The notes below the pieces were generated by a model. That model made no database searches. It was not told where the DNA came from and was given only the letters and a program-made list of their open reading frames with translations. The position numbers and the translations under genes were made by a program. Positions 14,039-23,965 of a stretch of DNA of 64,000 bases are shown piece after piece (position 1 is the first letter of the stretch; each line of letters starts with the position of its first letter). Where the stretch lies: NCBI RefSeq assembly GCF_028641065.1, contig NC_073377.1, forward strand, positions 123,504,001 to 123,568,000, read 5' to 3'. Source of the DNA: Leucoraja erinacea (Eukaryota).

Positions 14039-14412
14039 CAGTGGTTCCCAACCTTTTTTTGGCCATGCCCCACCTAATCACCTCTAAAATATGATGCCCC
14101 CCCACCCCCCCATATGGTGATATATAATTCTTATCATTTAAAAAGTGAACTCCGTTTCAGCTGAAGAAGCTTAAAACGCCAATACCTTGGATTATGTAAT
14201 AACTACACAATAAAGACCTTTTTTACCCCCCAAAAAATTTATTTACTCAAAATAACATCTGAAACATAAACTACATATGTTTACCTGATGGAAAATCCTA
14301 AAAAATAAAAAACGAAAATTTGGACCCAGACCTCCTCAGTCGCGCTCAATTGCCCCCCTTAAAAATCAAATTGCCCCCCTGTGGGGCGTACGCCTCACGT
14401 TGGGAACCACTG
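14039..14412. mobile_element. hAT (Charlie-like) MITE
   Basis: 14-bp TIRs CAGTGGTTCCCAAC / GTTGGGAACCACTG; perfect 8-bp TSD GTCTAGAG (14031-14038, 14413-14420), matching the NTCTAGAN preference of Charlie elements; no ORF. Confidence 0.92.
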
Positions 14413-14545
14413 GTCTAGAGGCTCGCTGGTTGGATATGTTAGGTTGCACTATTTGTAACAATAAGACATGTTTTGGGGGTTGGTATAAGGAATTCCAAAT
14501 ATGTTTCAAAGGGATTATTGAAGTAGCCGATATCCACTCTTTTTT

Positions 14546-15004
14546 ATGTGAACTGCAGGCGCTGGTTCACTCTGAAGATAGGCACAAGATGCTGGAGTGA
14601 ACTAACTCAGTGGGTCAGGCAGCATCTCTAGAGATGGTCGATGACCTTCTTCAGACTGAGAGTCGGGGAAGAGGGACATTAGAAGTATGGAAAGGTACCT
14701 TCTGATCTGATCTGTACCTTCCCACAGCTCTAGTTTCTCATTCCCCTGACTATCAGTCTGAAGAAAGCTCTCGACCCGAAACGTCACCTATTCCTTTTCT
14801 TCAAAGAGACTACACTCATATTTATGTGTAGGAAAGAACTGAAGATGCAGGTTTAAATCGAAGGTAGACATAAAATGCTGGAGTAACTCAGCTGGACAGA
14901 CAGCATCTTCTTCAGACGCATCGACCCGACATGTCACCCATTCCTTCTCTCCAGAGATGCTGCGTGTCCCGTTGAGTTATTCCAGCATTTTTGTGTCTAC
15001 CGTC
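14546..15004 (-). mobile_element. Two tandem fold-back Penelope-derived elements (14546-14812, 14824-15004)
   Basis: Each has inverted arms. The first carries CTGAAGA..GACCCGAAACGTC at 14758-14785. A CACTC(T/A)T(T/A)TTT motif precedes, separates and follows them. Confidence 0.7.
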
Positions 15005-15699
15005 CACTCTTATTTGCATCGCTGAGTTCCAATTCCCTATTTGTGCAAGAACAAACCTTATTATAAAAACACTGGAACGCACAGAAACTATTGTGTAAGT
15101 AATCACATGCAACTTGAATTATCGTTTCTAGTTTCGGGATTTACTTTCTTGCAGAGAGCGACGGGGCTGGGTAGAATCAATGATAATTTCCGTCCCAGAA
15201 CGTGGTCCTTGCAACCTCTACCCCACTCATTCAATGCAGTTCCATTCGCTTTGCTTTGTTTTGAATACTGAAACCCCTCCTCTCCCAACGCCAGCCTTCG
15301 TTATTCATCTGCTGTCCCCTTCACCTCAACCATACAAAGTGTCTGGTCGCATGGTTAAACCAGTTCATAAAACCAGAACGTCTTTCGCGACAACCCACAC
15401 CTACAACGAGATATTTTTCCTTCTCATTACAGTCTATCAATACAAACGTATTCAGTGATTGCATCAAGTGGCAAGAAGTTGGAATGAAGTGTAAAATAGA
15501 GGTCGACTTATCTGTTTATGCGGCATAGACTTACTTGGAGTTTATTGAGCATTTGACAGTTATAGCCTAGTACCGCTCAATTGATTGTGATGTTTCTAAG
15601 TTCCCATAACTAACAGTTTATTAAACAAACGCGTGTGCATATTGTCTATGTAAATTATACACAATGTGTTAAGGACGGCACCTTTTAAATACTACTTAG

Positions 15700-15737
15700 C
15701 AAAGATCCTATAGCAGAGCTCTGCTATAGGATCTTTG
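15700..15737. mobile_element. 38-bp perfect palindrome with 8-bp TSD (micro-MITE)
   Basis: CAAAGATCCTATAGCAGAG|CTCTGCTATAGGATCTTTG flanked by CTACTTAG at 15692-15699 and 15738-15745. Confidence 0.85.
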
Positions 15738-16984
15738 CTACTTAGTGTTACAGGCACGGATCATTGTTCCCCAGTGATGCATTTGTAATGTCGTTCCTAT
15801 GATCCTCGTCTCTGCAGCGGACATGGTGTTAGTGTACATCCGCATTTATACTTGTACACAGAACCCAGAGGTTAACAGCTTCTTCATTAACCGACAGAGG
15901 TAAAGTTCTTAAATCATTGCTTGGAAATGTAACAAATATTTTTTTCCCCTTTCGACTTCTTTTCAAGATAAATGTAATGTTCCAGGAAACCGATCTGTTT
16001 CCCTTCCTACAACATTGTCTCACATATATATCATTTGCAGTCGCCGCTGCAGATATCTATCTCGGCGAGATCTTAGTTCACTGAATTATTTTGGAAGTTT
16101 TGAGTTACTTTGATGAAGTACTAGGAGCAGTTTTAATGCTTTCTATATGTGCATTCAGTTCGTGCCGCAGTATGCGTTCTCTCATCGACATTTGACTGAA
16201 CACTTCATGTCAAATAATGACGACGCATTTACTCCTTTATCATTATTAACAGTAGGTCAAAAGAAAAATGACAGGAGAAGAGTGTGTCTGAGGCGTGCAT
16301 GCATTCATGGCTGGGTGATTTAAGGGTTGCTCTATTAGCACGAGTGTACCTATTACCAGTTGTATTAAGGGACTGCCCTTCCTAAGTCTGGATCTTATTA
16401 GCTGTCCATTTACAACAGCCTGAGAAAGCTTCTGCAGAACAAAAATACCCCTAAACATTAAAGATGAACCCGAAGCCTGTGCATGTTGCAAAAACAATGA
16501 CGTGTGCAGGGAGTCTGTCCGATTTCTTCTCAAAGCATTCAAATATCTAACATTATGAAAATTATATTTCTATTATTTAATTTAAAACATATTTAATCAA
16601 CAAATAGTTTGACTAATGATATGTTTTGCATTGAACTTCTAAACAGGAAACAAAACAGAGTTAAACGGAGTAATTTAAGATAACACACGTGAAGGGCTAT
16701 TGATGCAAATGGTTCATCATTTAATGCTTTGTTAGCTCGTTAGGAGTAATTGCCCAGTGCTGGCAACTCCAGCTTTACACTACTACCGTCAAACACCCTT
16801 TTAGTCGGCTGCACAATAGCACTGCATGGTGTGTGAAATATCTGAGAGGCATTAAAAATAACCATGAGTATTTTATTTTGCTGCTAAGGAAGCACAGACA
16901 CGATTTTGGTTCATTTCAAATGCCTCATTATATGTGTGTACTATGGACTCACAACCAGGAAATTGGAAGGAACAATTACTTGGA

Positions 16985-17685
16985 GGCAGAAGGAACTGCA
17001 GATGCAGATTTACAAAAAAAAGACACAAAGTGCTGGAATAACTCAATTTCTGGAGTACATGGATAGCTGATGTTTCAGATCTGGATCCCTCTTCAGACTG
17101 AATGTTGTGTGGGGGAGGTGGGGGGGCTTGTGTTGGAGGGAGAAAGCTGGGGGAGGTGAGCGGCAGAACTAGGGCTGGCAAGTGATAGGCGAGGGGGGGT
17201 TCAATTGGCAGATGGTTGCCGAAAGACCAGAGATCAAAAAATGAAGTGATGGATAAAGCGTTAAGAGGTGCGCATTGTGAAGCCAGATGAAGGAATATAG
17301 GTGGAAAGCGATGGGGGGAAGGGGAGAAATGCAAGAAAATCCAGGTGGGGCAAAAGGAAGAGAGGGGGGGGGGGGGGGTAGCGGTGGACAGGGGTGGGGG
17401 GTGTATTGTAGATTAGTTATCAGACTATAATTGTAGAATTCAATGTTCACTCCATTATTTTGTCCGATACCCATACAAAATATGAAGTGCTCTTCGTATG
17501 AGGGTAGTTTGCTCATGACCCCACTCTGGTGATAGGAATGGGAAGAGGAGTTAAAATGGTTAATGAACGGGATATCCAGCAGGCCTTGGGTGATCAGTGC
17601 TTGTTCAGCAAAATGATCATCCAGTCTACACTCGGTCTTGCCAATGTACAGGAGGCCACATCGGGAACACCAAATGCAGTAGACG
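16985..17685 (-). mobile_element. Penelope-like element 3' part (GIY-YIG remnant, 3'UTR, hammerhead-like motif, tail)
   Basis: Minus strand ~17600-17685 reads YCIWCSRCGLLYIGKTECRLDDHFAEQ. Downstream lie CTGAAGAGGGATCCAGATCTGAAACATC (17069-17096, -) and the common ..CATCTGCAGTTCC tail. Confidence 0.8.
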
Positions 17686-19456
17686 ATGAAGTACGGAGAC
17701 GGCGTGGACCCGCTAGCCCACGCTGGAGGAAGCCGGTACGAGTGGCTGCAGCATGACAGCAGCCAGCACAGGTGCCTGTGAGTACCGGGTCCGTGTGGAG
17801 AGGTGAACTTACATACAAGACCGGTGCGGTCAGCAGTGGGGCGAGGAAAACCCGCAAACCAGTGCCCGTGTGTACGGGAGACGGGAACAGCAGAGGAAAA
17901 GTAGTTCCTTCACAGTAGCAGTCACATGGATGTGGAGACTAGCCACAGTGGGCAGGAGGTAAGCCCCACATGGGTACCCCGTGCGAGACCCCTAGAGACC
18001 TCTAACTCTATAAAAAAGAGTGGGCAGGACCCTGATGGGCCAGAGCCTGGTAATACAGCGTCCCATGATCCTAAAACAGCAGGGACACTGCTGGACATGG
18101 TGGCTGATTACTTTAAACCAAGTCAAACAGGGGCAGACTTGGATTCCAGGATGGCAGTAGTATTAACTATATGTCTGGCCACAAACTCCAACAAGAAATA
18201 TTTACAGAGACTGGCCAGACATCTGCCACCTGGCAACTGTGAGGCATTACAGGTGGGAACACACCCCCTGGTAACAAAACTCATGAGGGGCATATTCAAT
18301 GCAAATCCCCCTAAAACCAGGTACTCCAAAATCTGGGAGATGGGTGTCGTTCTAAACATGCTGAGGAGCTGGTCGCCCATAACAGCATTGTCACTTCAGA
18401 AACTGACCATGAAGATGGTTATGCTCATGGCGTTAGTTACCGCACGAGTCCAGTCATTAAGCAAACTGAGCCTGGACTCCCTGATCATCTCACCCGAGAA
18501 ACTGGTGTTTGTCATACAGGATTTAATAAAACAAAACAGACCAGGTTCATCGGGTCAAGTGATTGAATTTATGGCATATCCATATGACGAATGACTGTGT
18601 ATAGCAAGACACATCCAATTATACATAGAATATACTAAGAGCATTCGAGGTCAGGAAATGGCGTTGTTAATCTCTTACAAGAAACCGCACAAAAGGGTCA
18701 CGACCCAAACTATATCAAGGTGGCTCAAATATGTCCTAAAGATGGCAGGAATAGACACTAATGTTTTTAACTCTCATTCCACCAGGGCTGCAGCAACATC
18801 CGCAGCAAAAATTCTAGAGGTACCCACAGACCAAATCCTCAGAATGGCAGGATGGTCATCCGAAAGGACTTTCCAAAGGTTTTTATAATAAACCAGTTTT
18901 GGAGCCATCATCGTGTTCGGAAACCATTTTACGTTCAACAATATAATTTGCCCGAAAGGTTACAGGGCTATGATTTTCAATTAATAAATATATATTTTTT
19001 CGTTATACCACACAACTCTTTGTATAAGTATGTTTTAAAATTACTAATGATGCTCTCTCCCAATACCCAAGGCAGTTGTGAAGCATGGACTCGTTCCACG
19101 GCATGAGGTCACAGAGCTTTGAAATCTTCACGTAGTCACTCACGTGACTCCGAAGTAAAATAGTAAGATTAAACGAGAACTTACCAGTTTGAAATTTGAT
19201 CTGTATTTTATGAGGAGGAACGTTGAGGGAATACGTGCCCTCCGCTCCCACCCTCCTATGATCATATCAAAAACTGGTATCTCTTTGATAATCTTACTAT
19301 GTTAGGTCATTATAGTTTTCTGCGACCTCACACCGCTGCTTTGAAGAATGACACGCATGCGTTGGAAGCGGGTTCTTCACGTATTCCCTCAACGTTCCTC
19401 CTCATAAAATACAGATCAAACTTCAAACTGGTAAGTTCTCGTTTAATCTTACTATT
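17686..19456 (+). mobile_element. DIRS1-like YR retrotransposon A, 5'-truncated and internally deleted
   Basis: gag remnant fused to tyrosine recombinase (TARVQSL, SHSTRAAATS, AGWS). ICR at ~19125-19237 is complementary to the 3' terminus at 19378-19456. Confidence 0.88.
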
Positions 19457-19625
19457 CTATGGACAAAATGGATAAGCAACATTTCAACCCTGGACCTTTC
19501 TTCAGACTGAACCTGAGAACCTCAGTTCTAAGACCTTTCTTCAAAATGAACAATCTGAAGAAGGGTCTCAAGCTGAAACATTCTATATCCATTCCCTTTG
19601 TAGATGTTGCCTGACCTGCTGAGTT
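19457..19625. mobile_element. Fold-back Penelope-derived fragment
   Basis: Antisense motif at ~19480-19505 and sense CTGAAGAAGGGTCTCAAGCTGAAAC at 19555. Confidence 0.6.
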
Positions 19626-20245
19626 ATAGAGTGATAGCATCATAGAGCATGGACACAAACCCTTTCGCCTAACTTGCCCACGTCAACCAACATGCCCCAT
19701 CTACACTAGTCCCACCTGCCCGTACTTGGCACATAACTGGCTAATCCTATTCTATCCAAGTACCTGTCTGAATGTCTCTTAAATGTTATGATAATACCTG
19801 CCTCAACTGGCAGCTCGTTCCATACACCTACCACCCTTTTTCTAAAAAACATATCCCTTAGGTTCCTATTAAATCTTCCCCCCTCATCTTAAACCTATGT
19901 CTTCTGGCTCTCGAATCACCTACTCTGGCCAAGAGAGTCTGTGCGTCTACCCGATCTATTCCTCTCATGATCTTGTAAATCTCTATAAGATTACCCGCCA
20001 TCTTCCCGCACTCCAAGGAATAAAGTCCTAGCCTGCTCATCCTCTCCTGAGAGTTCAGGAACTTGAGTCCTGGCAACATCTTTGTAATTCTTCTCTGCAC
20101 CCTTTCAAGCTTGACATCTTTCCTATAACATGGTGACCAAAAAGGACACAGTACTCCAAATGTGGCATCACCAATGTCTTATACAACTGCAACATGCCCT
20201 TTTGACTACCCTACCAACCTTGTGATGCCACTTTCAAGGAGTGAT
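19626..20245 (-). mobile_element. CR1 LINE 3' fragment
   Basis: ORF 19858-20100 QRRITKMLPGL..ERMSRLGLYSLE..GNLIEIYKIMRGIDRVD is a CR1 ORF2 C-terminus. Confidence 0.85.
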
Positions 20246-20544
20246 CCAGCACTTTGTGTTTTGCTGATCATTTGGCAGGTTTACTTTGTCATTTTAAACG
20301 ATGTGCAAGATATGACAAATTTAGATCAGTTGCATTGTTAGAAGATGTTGCAGAACCCGTACAGATCCAAAATGAAAAGTGAAAAATGAAGGATGATTTA
20401 CTCTTCTTTACACAGAGTAACTTTGATCTGAAATTCATTCTTGCAGGTGGTTGAATGAAATAAATCAGGGCTTTCTAAGGGGAGTTGAAAAGTTTTGTGG
20501 TTAGAAACATTTGGGGTGGCACTGAGGATCTCAAGTTAAACCAG

Positions 20545-20850
20545 GAGTCCAGAATCAGGGCCCACAGTTTAAGAATAAGGGGTAAGCCATTTAGAACGGA
20601 GATGAGGAAACACTTTTTCACACAGAGTTGTGAGTCTGTGGAATTCTCTACCTCAGAGGGCATGGAGGGCGGTTCTCTGGATACTTTCAAGAGAGCTAGA
20701 TCGGGCTCTTAAAGATAGCGGAGTCAGGGGATATGGGGAGAAGGCAGAAACGAGGTACTGATTGTGGATGATCAGCCATGATCACACTGAATGGCGGTGC
20801 TGGCTCGAGGGGCCGAATGGCCTACTCCTGTACCTATTGTCTATTGTCTA
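20545..20850 (+). mobile_element. CR1 LINE 3' end
   Basis: ESRIRAHSLRIRGKPFRTEMRKHFFTQ; GGGCCGAATGGCCTACTCCTG and a (CTATTGT)n tail. Confidence 0.8.
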
Positions 20851-21667
20851 AGTTCAGAAGTCAAGAGCACAACAAACTCAGTATAAATGCTGAAAATAGT
20901 GTAAAACCGTACACTATTACTACATCAAGCACCTCTCATCTGCTGAATAATCCACAGTTTCCACATTGGCGTCACCAATGATTCTCTGGTCTTTGCTTGG
21001 GTTGAGTGAAGAACTTAACTAACATTCAGAAATGACTGAACCGAATCATACCTATTTTACTGAAATTTAAATTAATTTGAATCAGGATAGAAAAGCATTT
21101 AAAATAAAGCTGTGGTGAGTACACGCAAAAGAACATATGTTTGGCATATGCTATGTGTCCTACCACTTGTCTGCAGAACAGACTAGAGGATCTAAGTAGA
21201 CTAGTCTTGAGTCTAAGTTCCAAATGAAAAATACTCCACCTGTGTGTTTAATAAGTATATAATGAAACGGAAGGTGGCTGTTGATTTTTGTCAATATCTA
21301 TTTTTCTTTTCATCAACATTTTCAGCATATTGTGCTGAGAGAGCTCAAATCAGAGATGCGCACTGCACCTGATTGCTGGTAATCTAGAGAAGGTGTACAA
21401 CCATTTACAATGTGTTATATGATTGGTATCTGGCACTGTGCTGGCCTATCTGATACATCGCAACATCATTGCAGCTGATCCCTATCAGCTAAGGAACAGA
21501 ACATATCCACTTTTCTATTCAATTTTTTTGTTGAAAAGTTTAGAAAATGCATTGATACCAAATGTTGATTGGTTGCTGTCAATGGTAGCTACATTTTTAA
21601 GAAGGTTAATGAAGTTACTATTAGTGTTCACTATATTCTTAAGTGTCTCACTTGAAGTACAAACAAC

Positions 21668-22517
21668 CGGAAGTGGCGGCGCTGGTAAACGGGTACGGCT
21701 CGCCTGCAGTACGTTTGTCTTTACTTTTTTATGTTGTTTTTTTTTCGTTTTGTCTAGTTAGTTTTTGTTTTTAGTTTGTGTTTATGTGTGGGGGGGTGGG
21801 GGGGGGGGAGCTAAAACGGGGCTTGTTGTCCCCCCCTTCGGGGGAATATGACTTTTTTTGTCGTATCCCCTTCTCTGCCTCCGTCTGCGCTGAGGCCTAA
21901 TGGCGGAGCTGGCGGCCACGAGACTCCGGAGGCAGAGCCGGTCAGGACTTGCCCTGGGCTCGCTCCCATGAGGGCGGCCTGGCGCGGGGCTGAGACTCTC
22001 CCGTGAGGGCGGCCCACCTCGAGGTGGAATGGCGCTCCCGTGAGGGCGGCCCAGCTCGAGGGAGGAACGGCACTCACGTGAGGGCGATCCGGCTCGGGGC
22101 TGGAACAGCGCTCCGGTGGCTGGGACGGCGTCCTGGCGGCGGTGACCTGAGTCCGGGGTTCAGCCGCGGGCCGGCGGCTGCGTCCGTTGCACTGGAGGGC
22201 GGCAGCTTCAACCACCCCGGGCCCGGTGTTTGAGCCGGCCCGTTTGCGGGGTTCGGTGAGCCGCGGGACTGTTTGTACCATCGCCCGGTGGGGTATCGCC
22301 TCAGCGCAGAGGGAAAAGAGGAGGGAAGAGACTGCAGCCCTAAGATTTTTGCCTCCACCACAGTGAGGAGGTGCTTGGAGGACTCACTGTGGTGGATGTT
22401 AATTTGTGTTTAGTGTTGTTTATTATTGTATGATTGTATGTATGACTGCAGGCACGAAATTTCGTTCAGACCGTAAGGTCTGAATGACAATAAAGGAATT
22501 CAATTCAATCAATTCAA
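21668..22517 (+). mobile_element. GC-rich non-autonomous retroelement X1 with LINE-like ends
   Basis: 5' AAGTGGCGGCGC head, T-rich then G-run linker, four CTC(C/A)C(A/G)TGAGGGCG repeats, a hairpin at 22354-22396, a 3' stem-loop, AATAAA and an (AATTC)n tail. No credible ORF. Confidence 0.7.
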
Positions 22518-22547
22518 CACAAAATTGGAATTGGAAGGAACAAATTT

Positions 22548-22822
22548 GATATACAATACAATACCGTTTATTTGTCATTAGAACCTCACATTAGAAACCT
22601 CAAATTTGGTTTCTGCAGTCATACAAGAAAAGAACCAAGACACACACCAACACAATTTACACAAACATCCATCACAGTGAATCTCCTCCTCACTGTGATG
22701 GAAGGCAAAGTCTTGTCTCTCCCCTGCTCCCCATTCCTCTCCCGAACTCAAAGTCAAAGCCTTCAGCGGGCGCTAGCAAGTCTGCAGCCATTTAAAGCCG
22801 CGTCGGGCGATGTAAGGCCCTG
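22548..22822 (-). mobile_element. X-family element 3' part (X3), tail-to-tail with X1
   Basis: (ATACA)n tail, TTTATTTGTCA, and hairpin TCCATCACAGTGA/TCACTGTGATGGA at 22668-22702. Confidence 0.65.
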
Positions 22823-23169
22823 TTAATTTGTTAATTTTACTTTTAATGTATGGTTTTATATGTATATTTTTTGTCCATTAATTAAGTCAGTTTTCTTCCT
22901 GGGTCGGATGTTGTAAATGAAGGCTACATAATAATTATAATTTGTTCTGATAATTGAATAATTATAAAGTCATGGGCACCCATAATGAGCAGGTGGTAAA
23001 ATATGGTGTAGAATTATTGGACTGGAATTTTTTTTAATGTGTGTTAACATGCATATATTTAATAGTACAAAGTGTTTCTGATTCTTTGGGTTGGATTCTT
23101 AATCTTCCCTTACTCTCTTACTCATTGCTGCTTCACAAAAAGTGTTTTTCTAAAATATTAAATAAAAAA

Positions 23170-23965
23170 AATATATATTTTATTTATTAGAAGTGAGTAC
23201 AATGCATTGGTACAAAAACGATGTTAACATATTACATTCTCTGTACAACTTCCCTTTTTTTTAAAGAGAGAAGTGAGAAGGGAGAGAGGAAAAAGAGGTT
23301 GTGAAAAGTGAAGAATAGATTAGTGAGCGTGGGTGAAAAACCAATAAAGAAAAAGTGAAAGAGAAGGAATAAGTGAAGAAGGAAAGCAGGTGGGAGATTA
23401 TCCCATTGCCACAGTGAGATGTTTTTTTTTTAAATATTCTAAATCATCTTTCACCCATACCTGAAACTGTTGGTTTTCATGATACTATGTCACCACATGA
23501 ATCCAAGAAATCAATAAATGGGGACCAACTCCTTAAGAATAGGTCTTGTTTGTCTATTAGGAGGAGTCTCATTTCTTCCAAATGTGCTGTGTCCAGCATA
23601 TTACTGATCCACATTTTAAATGTTGGTATATTAGCATTTTTCCAAAATTTAAGTATGTTTTTTTGCTGTTATTAACCCATAATTGAAAAATGAGTTTTGG
23701 TGTGTATTTAATTTGTTCCCATCTCCACTTACTCCAAATATAATCATTTCTGTATTAGGTTCCATTTTTGTCTTAAATAACTTTGAGAATATATCAAATA
23801 TATCGCACCAAAATTTATAAAGTTTTGAACAAGAGACAAATGAGTGCGTAATATTGGCATTTTGAGAAAGACATTTATCACAAATGGGAGAAATATTTGG
23901 ATAAAATTTATTCAACCTAGTTTTGGAATAACATAACCTATGTAATATTTTAAACATCTGTAATA
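23170..23965 (-). mobile_element. L1-clade LINE 3' fragment
   Basis: FKILHRLCYSKTRL..SPICDKC..ITHSFVSC..FW is the ORF2 C-terminal zinc knuckle; a 3'UTR follows. Confidence 0.8.

Noticed and set aside
21963-22100. CRISPR-like array
   Set aside because: The units are degenerate, the spacers are related to each other, there are no cas genes and the context is eukaryotic.
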